From a virus (taxonomy: Duplodnaviria; Caudoviricetes), in the IMG/VR virus record IMGVR_UViG_3300033402_000781, positions 1 through 39,337 of that record: a stretch of 39,337 bases of DNA; one strand, 5' to 3'. The notes under the pieces were generated by a model. That model was given only the letters and a program-made list of their open reading frames with translations. It was not told the DNA's origin and did no database searches. Positions 9,038 through 17,617 of this stretch are shown piece by piece (the first letter of the stretch is position 1; every line of letters starts with the position of its first letter). Both the position numbers and the translations under genes were made by a program.

Positions 9038-10526
9038 ATTACAAGATAAAGTATTTACAGATAAACAGGTTCGGGCTGAAGTAACAACCCAGAGCCACCA
9101 ATGGTTCTTTTCAACCTATTTCTCGGCTTATGTCACCCATGAAACGGCTGATCTGCACCGTGATCTGTTTGACATTAGTGAAGACGAGAGTCTACCACTA
9201 GCGGTCATTGTAGCCTTCCGTGGCTCGGGCAAGTCGACGATCATGACCTTGTCTTACCCCATTTGGGCAGTGCTTGGCCGACTGCAGAAGAAGTTCGTGT
9301 TAATAGCCAGCCAAACGCAGTATCAGGCTCGGGTTCACCTGACAAATATAAAGCGTGAGCTGGAAAGCAACGAGCTGCTCGCTAACGACCTAGGGCCATT
9401 CGTGGAGCAACGTGAAGAATGGGGTTCAACCTCGCTTTATATTCCAAAGTATAACGCTCGTATTACAGCTATCTCGACTGAGCAAAGCGTCCGGGGTATC
9501 CGCCATGGCCAGTACCGCCCTGACCTGATTATCTGCGATGATGTTGAGGATATGGCTTCTGTTAAGACGCGAGAAGGTCGTAACAAAACTTTTGATTGGT
9601 TTACTGGGGAAATTATTCCCGCTGGTGACACCTACACCAAGCGGATTGTAGTCGGTAACTTACTACACGAAGACTCATTGTTGATGCGCCTAAAAGAACG
9701 GATTGAGGAGGATGAGATTGATGGCAGCTTCCGCGAGTGGCCGATTGTTAAGGACGGTAAAAGCCTGTGGCCTGGCAAATATCCAGATAAGCAGTCGCTT
9801 AACGTCCTCAGGCGAACAATTGGTAACAAAATAGCTTGGGAACGGGAGTATATGTTGCGTATCATTCCTGACGAAGACCAGATTATTGATGCCCGCTGGA
9901 TCCAATACTATGAGGAGCTACCTGAGAAAATCGAGGAGAACGAATATATTAACTCTTTCTTGTCTGTTGACCTGGCTATATCTGAAAAAGCTTCCGCTGA
10001 CTGCACGGCCGTGGTTATTGTCCATGTCTTTGGTTTTAAACCAGAAGACCGTAAGTACTACATAGATAAACAGTTCCTCAATAGCCGGATTAGCCATTTG
10101 CAAACACTAGATTCAATTGTAGCAATGTATAAGCCATTGGTAGTTTCATATCAGGAATACCGACCACGTGCATTGATCGAACAAGTAGCTTACCAAACTG
10201 CTGCCCTAGAGCAGTTAAAGAACCGGGGCATTGAGGCCGTTGGCGTTAAGATTCATGCCGACAAACGGGCTCGCTTGCAGTTGGCCAGTCCTTTGTTTGA
10301 AATGGGTATGGTCTATTTTCCCAAAAGTCGGACCATTGCCCCGATTATTCAGCAAATAGTTGGCTTCGGTGTCGAGAAGCATGATGACTTAGCTGATGCC
10401 GTCTCAATGGCGCTCAACTACATCCAGACGAAGGTTAAGTGGGAAGTGACCTTTGGTTTCGGTTTCTTGGGTGGCGATGATGGAGGCAGCTATGAAGAGT
10501 TTTATGGGATCGTATACGAAGAATAA
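9024..10526 (+). CDS. terL: phage terminase large subunit
   Basis: AFRGSGKST Walker A, LIICDDVED Walker B, RNase H-like nuclease SVDLAIS..ADCTA and HDDLADA. Confidence 0.9.
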   Translation: MDATELQDKVFTDKQVRAEVTTQSHQWFFSTYFSAYVTHETADLHRDLFDISEDESLPLAVIVAFRGSGKSTIMTLSYPIWAVLGRLQKKFVLIASQTQYQARVHLTNIKRELESNELLANDLGPFVEQREEWGSTSLYIPKYNARITAISTEQSVRGIRHGQYRPDLIICDDVEDMASVKTREGRNKTFDWFTGEIIPAGDTYTKRIVVGNLLHEDSLLMRLKERIEEDEIDGSFREWPIVKDGKSLWPGKYPDKQSLNVLRRTIGNKIAWEREYMLRIIPDEDQIIDARWIQYYEELPEKIEENEYINSFLSVDLAISEKASADCTAVVIVHVFGFKPEDRKYYIDKQFLNSRISHLQTLDSIVAMYKPLVVSYQEYRPRALIEQVAYQTAALEQLKNRGIEAVGVKIHADKRARLQLASPLFEMGMVYFPKSRTIAPIIQQIVGFGVEKHDDLADAVSMALNYIQTKVKWEVTFGFGFLGGDDGGSYEEFYGIVYEE

Positions 10527-10528
10527 GC

Positions 10529-10789
10529 CTACATACCTTTAAGAAACTCACCGGGATCAATTTCCATAGCTTTGGCTAAACGCCAAATGGTATGAGCGCT
10601 GGGAGAATAGGTTGCCGTTTCAATATGACCTACATAAGTGCGGTAATAACCGGCTCGATGTGCAAGTTCCTCCTGAGTCAGATTCTTCGATAGACGAAGT
10701 TCTTTGACGCGATTTGCCAGTTTTTTAGCGAATTCTTTCTTCTCTTTGGTCTTTTCTTCTGACGACATGTCAGCAAAGTTAGGTTTCAT
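10529..10789 (-). CDS. XRE-family HTH transcriptional regulator
   Basis: VKELRLSKNLTQEELAHRAGYYRTYVGHIE HTH_3 pattern. Confidence 0.9.
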   Translation of the reverse strand: MKPNFADMSSEEKTKEKKEFAKKLANRVKELRLSKNLTQEELAHRAGYYRTYVGHIETATYSPSAHTIWRLAKAMEIDPGEFLKGM

Positions 10790-10819
10790 ACCTTTTATTC
10801 AATAGGTAGCTCCACTATT

Positions 10820-10842
10820 ACTCCACGCAGTATTCGTGGAGT
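10820..10842. promoter_or_regulatory. palindromic operator candidate between XRE and DUF4352 genes
   Basis: ACTCCACG-N7-CGTGGAGT perfect 8-bp inverted repeat in the divergent intergenic region. Confidence 0.5.
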
Positions 10843-10913
10843 TTTGTCCAATTCTGTGGTACTTTGTCAGATAAGGTTACCTGTAACCTAACTAACCAAT
10901 ATAAGGAGGAAAT

Positions 10914-11486
10914 ATGAAAGGCCCAGATTCAAAGAACTGGTTCAAAAGACACAAAATACTAACCGTAATAGGAGTGCTGGTGCTTCTAGCAATCATTGGT
11001 GGGGCTGCAGGTGGCGGTAGTAAGGGCACTAATAGCTCAAGTAACACAAGCACAAAAAGTGGGGGTACTGCTGCGGCTACTATGCCAAAACTCAACCAGC
11101 CTGCAAACGATGGGAAGTTCCAATTTACGGTAACCAGCATCCAGTGTGGCAAGCCAAGTGTCAGCAGCCCTGATGGCTACATAACCAAGACTGCTCAGGG
11201 GCAATATTGTCTGCTAAATATCACTGCAAATAATATCGGTGACCAGTCGCAAACCCTAGACAGTAGCAGTCAATACCTATATGACAGCAGTAACAAAAAG
11301 TACTCGTCGGACAGCGAAGCTAGCATTGATATCAGTCCAACCGACAATACGTTCTACAACCCGATAAACCCAGGCAATACTGTATCGGGTACAGTTGTCT
11401 TCGATATACCCAAAGGCGTGACACCAGTGACAGCAGAGTTACATGACTCAGCGTTCTCTGGCGGTGTAAAAGTCAGCTTGCAATAA
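10914..11486 (+). CDS. membrane-anchored DUF4352 protein (Mpr-like)
   Basis: N-terminal TM helix, S/T/G linker, DGKFQFTV..GQYCLL..NIGD..INPGNTVSGTVVFDIP..ELHDSAFSGGV pattern; AAGGAGG RBS. Confidence 0.8.
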   Translation: MKGPDSKNWFKRHKILTVIGVLVLLAIIGGAAGGGSKGTNSSSNTSTKSGGTAAATMPKLNQPANDGKFQFTVTSIQCGKPSVSSPDGYITKTAQGQYCLLNITANNIGDQSQTLDSSSQYLYDSSNKKYSSDSEASIDISPTDNTFYNPINPGNTVSGTVVFDIPKGVTPVTAELHDSAFSGGVKVSLQ

Positions 11487-11495
11487 GCGTTAAAG

Positions 11496-12455
11496 CTAAA
11501 TAATATCGAGAGTCTCCCAGTAGAATTTCTTGAGACTATGTTCGTTTGAGAATTGTCGTACTAAAGCTTCGTAGCTGGAAAAATTACTGGAGTCAATCTT
11601 GAGACGTACTCTAGTTTGTGTGGATTTTGTAATTCGATGCCCGTTCGGCCAAATATCAATACCAAGATACGTTACGCCATCTCGAACTGGTCTAAGCATA
11701 TCTAGTCTATGGCTGATTGTAAGTTTAAGCTCTTCGCCCAAAAAGTCTATAGCTCTGTGTCTGATTGCTTCAAGATCGTATTGGTTTGAGCTAAAACACA
11801 GCCAGTCATCGCCGTAGCGGAGATAAGCTGCTGGTTTGAGCGCATGAACCATGAAACGGTCGAACTCATTTTGGTAGATGTTAGCAAATATTTGGCTAGT
11901 CAGGTTGCCAATTGGTATTCCCAACCCTGCTTCTTTTTTCTGATAGCTGGATAGTACTTCTTGGATGAGCCACAAAGCATCCTGGCATGTAGTGCGGCGG
12001 CTGACGAGACTTAACAAGGTTTCCTGATCGACACTGTCAAAGAACTTGGTAATGTCTGATCGCCAAACCCATCCGTTAGCGTAGTCCTGCATATAGGAAG
12101 TTGCCCGTTCAATTGCCCTGTGCTGACCCTTACCGGGTCGGCATGACCAGGCATCAAAGATAAAGGTTTTGTCCCACGCTTGGACCAGAAAGTCATAGAT
12201 AAGCCGATGTACAACACGATCGCGCACCGGCGCAACCGCAATTTCTCGTCTCTTGGAATCCTGCACAATGAACTGTGCGTAAGCACCATGTTTGTAGCTT
12301 TTGTTCATCAGTTGGTGGGAGAGTTGGTCGATATTTGACTCTAGTGAATATTGAAAAGCGACAATCTCGCTACTCGCTCGTTTCCCACCGCGAAACGCAT
12401 ACCAACTCCTATATAAGTTAGAAAGGCTAAAATTAATGGAATCTGAATTACCCAT
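11496..12455 (-). CDS. DGR reverse transcriptase (RT1)
   Basis: KRREI..RDRVVH, SDITKFFDSVD, GIPIGNLTSQ (DGR-type SQ motif), RYGDD; no maturase/HNH tail; adjacent TR/VR pairs. Confidence 0.95.
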   Translation of the reverse strand: MGNSDSINFSLSNLYRSWYAFRGGKRASSEIVAFQYSLESNIDQLSHQLMNKSYKHGAYAQFIVQDSKRREIAVAPVRDRVVHRLIYDFLVQAWDKTFIFDAWSCRPGKGQHRAIERATSYMQDYANGWVWRSDITKFFDSVDQETLLSLVSRRTTCQDALWLIQEVLSSYQKKEAGLGIPIGNLTSQIFANIYQNEFDRFMVHALKPAAYLRYGDDWLCFSSNQYDLEAIRHRAIDFLGEELKLTISHRLDMLRPVRDGVTYLGIDIWPNGHRITKSTQTRVRLKIDSSNFSSYEALVRQFSNEHSLKKFYWETLDII

Positions 12456-12780
12456 AATATTAAGAGTTTACGATTTGTATAAGCAGCTGGTGGACTGCAA
12501 TGTAAAAATCCCAAAAATACATCGCTATGGCCTAGGCCAAAGTACTGAGGCAACTGCGCTTGCAGCTTTGGAAAGCCTGATCATGGCTAAGTACGCTCCT
12601 AAACCGAACAAAGCCAAATATTTAATATTAAGTGTCGCGCAAATTGAGACACTACGCTTTAAGCTACGCCTGTATCTGGAGTTACAGCTTGTCAACGAGA
12701 CAAAAGTCTTCCAGATGCAAGCAGTGCTGCAAGAGATTGGCCGTATGGCCACTGGTTGGCGCAAGAGCGTCACCTCGTAA
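12436..12780 (+). CDS. avd: DGR accessory variability determinant Avd (four-helix bundle), antisense to RT
   Basis: 114-aa basic helical protein, IPKIHRYGLG...LRFKLRL...EIGRMATGW, typical bAvd pattern; lies between TR1 and RT1. Confidence 0.85.
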   Translation: MESELPIILRVYDLYKQLVDCNVKIPKIHRYGLGQSTEATALAALESLIMAKYAPKPNKAKYLILSVAQIETLRFKLRLYLELQLVNETKVFQMQAVLQEIGRMATGWRKSVTS

Positions 12781-12790
12781 GAATTGATCC

Positions 12791-12901
12791 TCACTGCGAG
12801 GCGAACCCGCACATTGTCATTCTGGTTGTCAGCCCAGTTCAAGTTCGACTTGACCTGGCCATCGTTCCAGTTGCCATTCGGCACGTGCGGATCGCCACTA
12901 A
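12791..12901 (-). repeat. DGR1 template repeat (TR1)
   Basis: 111 nt aligned ungapped to VR1 (16 mismatches) and VR2 (16 mismatches); all mismatches at TR adenines; 8 AAY codons. Confidence 0.97.
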
Positions 12902-13255
12902 TATGTCACCCATGTCGAGGTATAGCAGGTAGCGCGCACGCAAGCTTGCTATAGGCAGTAGTTTGCCATTTCCAGAGCCACCGCTTTATGCATGTCTCTA
13001 TGGATAAACACCAGTGATGTTTAAATATTTCTGTTGCTCCATGACCTGCAGTCCGCCTCTGAAGGCACGCAAAATCAGCCATATAGTAGCAATAGAAGAG
13101 CTAGGTCGCTTGAGCAACCCACCTTGACCTCAGCACGATTCACCTTACTTATGAAGGTAGCATATAAACACCTTGAACGCCAAAAAATTTCGAGTGCAAG
13201 CACAAAGAATAAGAAATAAGTAAAAGGAAGAACTAATTACTAAATAATAAAAGTC

Positions 13256-14245
13256 TTACATCACTGCGAGGCGAACCCGCACAACGTCATCCCGGTAGGC
13301 AGCCCAGAGCAAGTACGACTCGACCTGGCCAACGCGCCAGTAGCCATACGGCACGTGCGGAACGCCACTAACTTCAAAGCGATTAGCTAGGAACCAGGAA
13401 ACATCCTGAGATGATAGTTTGCTAGGATCTTCTTGAAAAGTTAGACTCAGCCATTCGAGAATTCCCATATGGTCAACATCATGATCGGCAACTTTGAAGT
13501 GTTCACTACCATTGTTAGTGAGGGCATCTGGACTACGCTGTTCAGCTGGCCCCTCCACTAATCTCTTTAAGCCAGCATGGTCACTGGTTTGTGCCAATAT
13601 AACCCCCCAATCACCATCAGTTGTGAGTTTGTGATCAAGGTAAGCTTCAGCGCTGACATATGATCTGGAGGTCATGCCTGGCACAGGGTTACGATACATT
13701 TCAGTGCCATTCTGTAAAGCAGCCAGCAGGTCGTCATTAAAGTAATCATTTGAAGTAGCTAGGCCTTGTATATCTCGCAACTCTTTAATCCATTCAGGCA
13801 AGCGGTGTAAGTTATCCTTTAAGGTTCTCCACGGCATCAGTACAAGCTTCATAGTTTCACCGACGTTGAGGTCTTCAGGAGTTGCTTCATTACTAGCTAT
13901 TAAGTCTTGCTTTGCCCTATATAAATTCTCGAATCGAGTCGCTAGATTAGGGCTAACTTGCAGCAGTTCTTCCGCCGTTCTGGGTACAGTTTGGCCGAGA
14001 CGGGCACTATAACGATCCCATGACCCTAGAGCGCCATCAGCAAAGTTATTATCTAGCTCAACTCTTGCCCAACTAGCGGCCTCCGCGCTCAACCCCTCAG
14101 CACCATTACCATCTGGTGTAAGTAACTGGTTAGCTGGGCTTGGGCCCATAGCTAGACGAGTAAGAGCAGTTCTGGCTTCATCACTAAAACCACCCCATGG
14201 TGAGGTAGGTTCTGCTTCAGGTAGTGGATAGCGGAAGCTGGTCAT
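13256..14245 (-). CDS. DGR1 target protein A (C-terminal variable region, probable C-type-lectin-like fold)
   Basis: 3' end carries VR1; ATGA-coupled to the vWA gene; paralog of 17618-18574. Confidence 0.9.
   Translation of the reverse strand: MTSFRYPLPEAEPTSPWGGFSDEARTALTRLAMGPSPANQLLTPDGNGAEGLSAEAASWARVELDNNFADGALGSWDRYSARLGQTVPRTAEELLQVSPNLATRFENLYRAKQDLIASNEATPEDLNVGETMKLVLMPWRTLKDNLHRLPEWIKELRDIQGLATSNDYFNDDLLAALQNGTEMYRNPVPGMTSRSYVSAEAYLDHKLTTDGDWGVILAQTSDHAGLKRLVEGPAEQRSPDALTNNGSEHFKVADHDVDHMGILEWLSLTFQEDPSKLSSQDVSWFLANRFEVSGVPHVPYGYWRVGQVESYLLWAAYRDDVVRVRLAVM
13261..13371 (-). repeat. DGR1 variable repeat VR1
   Basis: 16 adenine-specific differences from TR1 (8 A>T, 5 A>G, 3 A>C). 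Confidence 0.97.
14088..14245 (-). repeat. 158-bp perfect inverted repeat (5' end of target A), partner 17618-17775
   Basis: Base-by-base identity from the ATG through ...GGGTTGAG, then abrupt divergence. Confidence 0.95.
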
Positions 14246-16134
14246 AATTTACTTCTCCTAATATAGTCTGCAAGAACCCCATGCAATTTACCAGGTAGTA
14301 CGTTGGGGTTGCCAACTACTTCGTGGTTATTGCTAATAAATTCTTGCACACCTCCACCAATAACTAAATGGGCTATATAGGCAGTTCCTGGCATTTCGGA
14401 TACTGTTTGGGTAGCAGCTGCATGGTCACCAAAATGCCCGTCGCTGATAATAATTGCAATAGCATCGCGCTTCGGCTTGGCTGCAGCGGCTTGTTTAACG
14501 TGCTGTAAGGCACCATTAACTAGTGTTGAGCTACTATCTGCCTCTAATAGGTTGGTGTACGTTTTACCTTTTTGTTGGCCAGTAGGCTGGTAAGAGAGGG
14601 GGCTTAGAACTTCAGTACCTGATCCAAAGGCAATAATTTGCGTTCGAACGTCTGGCTGATGATATTGCCCAGCAGTTCGGGCAACTTTATGCCTAGCGAG
14701 CTGTAAGCCTTCGATAAGGCACATAGCAGTATCAGCGGCACATTGGGCTTTAGAGCCTGCCATAGAACCACTAACGTCTACTAGCAAATGCACATCAAGA
14801 CCGCCAAAGGTAACTTCTTGTCTATGGGCTTCCCGTACAATTGGCTGCCAGATTGCTTGGCCTTGGTCGGTAGCTAATTGCAAGGCAACGCCTGCCATTG
14901 TACGTGGGTGTAGACGCACACCTTCAGTGTGGGCATCTCGTCTATAGCGAGGGCTCATGATGATATCAGCTGGCGCAGCAAGTTTCATAAAGACATCAGC
15001 CACCTCTTTGATAGTTGGTGTCCACTTGTCGAGTGAACGTACATAATTTTCGGCATCACCAGGGCTAAGATGCATTTCAGCAGCTATGGTCCCGGCTAAT
15101 TCAGATAATTGTGCCTCGCGTTGCTCTTCCGATGTTGAATCTGTCTTAGTACGATTAGATTGAGCCTTGGCTCTAGCCTCATTTTGGGCTTCTTGTTCTT
15201 GAGTGGCCTGCTTAATTGCTTTTGCCATTTGCTCGGCTAATCCACCCTTATCTCCTGGCTTATCAGAAGGCTGGCCTTGCTCCTGTTGAGAATCTGCGCC
15301 TTCGCTATCACCCTTGTGTTGGTGGCCATGAACTGCATCCTCATATTGCTCGTAAACTGCTTCAAATCTGCCTTCACCTTCATCGGATTCACCTTTATCA
15401 CTATGCTCTTGTTTGTCTTGCTCGAGTAAGGCCTCAAAGTGAGGGCGTATAAATTTATCAGCAATACGGCGACGTTCAACTAAGGTAGTGCGCGGATCAG
15501 TTATAACATCCATAATGTCAAAAACTTGATCACCTTTTTCATATTCTCTTAACGAACCAAGAATTTCTGCAACTTTGTTATCCATTGTTATAGCTGGAGT
15601 ATCAATAACTGTGCCGATACGCATGCCATACATAAGTTGCACATGCTTGGGTAGTTCTGTAAGGTCGGAGGGCATTTGATGGGAATAGACAGCATCGGCA
15701 TTGGCATCGAGTACAGGCACTCTCCGATTACGCTTATCTATAACCGTGTCATCAACCAAACAGTTAAAGAAATCTCCCGCAGGCTCTGGTTTTACTGGTT
15801 TGCGCCAGTTTGGGTCTAGGTAATCATTAGCGTGGCCTAATTCATGAGCGGCAATAAACAGCGAGGTCACTTCTGGTGACACAGTAGAAGGCCCTACTTC
15901 TGCCTTGCTTTCAACTCCATTGCCTTCAACAGACTGCTGGGGGTCAACAGTTATAGTTAAGCCATGCTCAGTTTTAGCACAACTCCAACCGCCACCTGGC
16001 TGAGTTACTACTTCTAGGCCACGTATACCATATAATAGACCAAGCTGATGAACACCTTGTTCCAGCTTGTGTTGATCCCAATTGGGTTGGATTGATTCAA
16101 TCTCTGAGTTTGACACTAATGTCTCCAGAATCAT
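14242..16134 (-). CDS. vWA-domain protein with N-terminal HExxH metallopeptidase-like domain (MoxR partner)
   Basis: AAHELGHA, acidic/Q-rich linker, MIDAS LLVDVSGSM and IISDG; start probably ATG 16134 or GTG 16116 rather than TTG 16200. Confidence 0.88.
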   Translation of the reverse strand: MILETLVSNSEIESIQPNWDQHKLEQGVHQLGLLYGIRGLEVVTQPGGGWSCAKTEHGLTITVDPQQSVEGNGVESKAEVGPSTVSPEVTSLFIAAHELGHANDYLDPNWRKPVKPEPAGDFFNCLVDDTVIDKRNRRVPVLDANADAVYSHQMPSDLTELPKHVQLMYGMRIGTVIDTPAITMDNKVAEILGSLREYEKGDQVFDIMDVITDPRTTLVERRRIADKFIRPHFEALLEQDKQEHSDKGESDEGEGRFEAVYEQYEDAVHGHQHKGDSEGADSQQEQGQPSDKPGDKGGLAEQMAKAIKQATQEQEAQNEARAKAQSNRTKTDSTSEEQREAQLSELAGTIAAEMHLSPGDAENYVRSLDKWTPTIKEVADVFMKLAAPADIIMSPRYRRDAHTEGVRLHPRTMAGVALQLATDQGQAIWQPIVREAHRQEVTFGGLDVHLLVDVSGSMAGSKAQCAADTAMCLIEGLQLARHKVARTAGQYHQPDVRTQIIAFGSGTEVLSPLSYQPTGQQKGKTYTNLLEADSSSTLVNGALQHVKQAAAAKPKRDAIAIIISDGHFGDHAAATQTVSEMPGTAYIAHLVIGGGVQEFISNNHEVVGNPNVLPGKLHGVLADYIRRSKL

Positions 16135-16168
16135 TGACAATATTAACATAAAATGGTAAACTTGTAAA
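16134..16168. promoter_or_regulatory. overlapping divergent sigma70 promoters
   Basis: + strand TTGACA(16134)-17-TAAACT(16157) with TG extension; - strand TTTACA(16168)-17-TAATAT(16145) with TG extension. Confidence 0.7.
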
Positions 16169-16171
16169 GTT

Positions 16172-17608
16172 ATGAACGTTTTGGAATGCGCTGGCAGCAA
16201 CGCTTGTCGGCAATACTGTGAAGCGCTCCGCTCTCAAGGCGTAGCGGTGGAGATTGATGAAGCTGGTTGTAATGTACCAGCTATGTTTACTATTGAGAAA
16301 GATGGTGTCGTCTTCGACCCTACGCCCGCTGAAGAAGCCATCCAAAACTTAGATTTAGTAAATAACCTTGGTGGCGCACTTTGTGGTGCCCTAATAGAAC
16401 GTACACACGATGATCCTGATCAGAAGACGGTAAGCGAGCTGATTGATGGTTATAAAGAGACTTTTTCAGATAGACTTACACTTTGGCAAGCTATGTTAAG
16501 TGCTACGCGTGACGGTCGTCAGTTTACAGATGTCGAACTTAAATTTTATCAAGGTAAATTAGCTCAAGCTGACGTTGCTGTACATGAACGCGCAGCAGAT
16601 TCTACACCGGAATCGGTCTTGAGAGCTCAAGCAGCTGCGGACCATACTACCCTAAATGAGCATAAGCTATTGTTTGATGATCAAATGATAGGTACAGTCG
16701 ATCGCTTAGTCAGCAATCTTATGGACAGCAAACCTACCCTATTGGTAGGAGATAAGGGTATTGCTAAAACTCAAGCTGCTAAATTTGTAGCTGAGCTATG
16801 GGATCCTGGAAATGAACCGGTTATTATCTCTGGTCATGGCGATATGATGAGCAACGAGCTAGTTGGGCAAATGGAGCAAGATAAGGATACCCGTGTCTTT
16901 GGCTTCAAAGAAGGCAAATTAGTTAAAGCTATGCGTGAAGGCCGCCCAGTTATAATCGACGAGGTAAACGTTGGTGATCAGCCAGTCATTATGCGCTTGC
17001 AAGATATACTCCTGCGTCGTCCTGGTGATCGAATTCTAATCCAAGAAAACGGTGGTGACTCGATTGAGATTCAACCCGGCTTTGTAGTTTTTGCAACTGC
17101 CAACGAAGCATCTGCTCGCTACCAACACCGTAACGTGCTCGACCCCGCTTTCCGTGACCGTTATGACGTTATTAACTTACGGTATCCAGACAGCGACAGT
17201 CGTAATCCAGCTCAAGATGTACCTCGTTCACTTATGCGGCTGGCTTTAGCGGCTGCAGTTGATGAGCAAGGTGTCTTGAGTCGTCACATTGATGCCGCAG
17301 AACTCGAGCGATTAGTTCGTCTAAGCCACGTAACACAACACCTTTATAGTGTGCCAGCTCGTAATGCGCGCGTTACTAATTTAAATACTGGTCAATCTAC
17401 TAGTAATTTCCTTGACGAAGAACCGGTTATGACCGATTGTATTACGCCCCGTACTTTAGTAGACACTGTGCAACGCTGCGCTACCGGTAATAAACCGGGT
17501 ATGTCTTTAGTAAGTGAGATGGAGCGGGTAATTGTTGGTTTAGACCAGGCCGGCAGCGCCCATAACCAATCACATGCTCGACGTGCGTTAACGTTACTGC
17601 AAAGGTAA
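16172..17608 (+). CDS. MoxR/CbbQ-like AAA+ ATPase (AAA_5)
   Basis: LLVGDKGIAKT Walker A variant, VIIDEVN Walker B, FATAN sensor I, LDPAFRDRY arginine finger, TPRTL. Confidence 0.9.
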   Translation: MNVLECAGSNACRQYCEALRSQGVAVEIDEAGCNVPAMFTIEKDGVVFDPTPAEEAIQNLDLVNNLGGALCGALIERTHDDPDQKTVSELIDGYKETFSDRLTLWQAMLSATRDGRQFTDVELKFYQGKLAQADVAVHERAADSTPESVLRAQAAADHTTLNEHKLLFDDQMIGTVDRLVSNLMDSKPTLLVGDKGIAKTQAAKFVAELWDPGNEPVIISGHGDMMSNELVGQMEQDKDTRVFGFKEGKLVKAMREGRPVIIDEVNVGDQPVIMRLQDILLRRPGDRILIQENGGDSIEIQPGFVVFATANEASARYQHRNVLDPAFRDRYDVINLRYPDSDSRNPAQDVPRSLMRLALAAAVDEQGVLSRHIDAAELERLVRLSHVTQHLYSVPARNARVTNLNTGQSTSNFLDEEPVMTDCITPRTLVDTVQRCATGNKPGMSLVSEMERVIVGLDQAGSAHNQSHARRALTLLQR

Positions 17609-17617
17609 TATTAATAC

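Noticed and set aside
11934-11939. A6 run in RT1 at the position equivalent to the RT2 microsatellite
   Set aside because: Six-base homopolymers are common in this AT-rich sequence and too short to claim phase variation
11496-12455. RTs as group II intron, retron or CRISPR-associated RT
   Set aside because: Short RT-only proteins with the LTSQ motif, adjacent Avd and adenine-specific TR/VR pairs identify them as DGR RTs
12525-12884. 119-aa minus-strand ORF starting MPNGNWNDGQ
   Set aside because: It is TR1 read in the VR frame running into the antisense of avd; TRs are naturally stop-free in that frame
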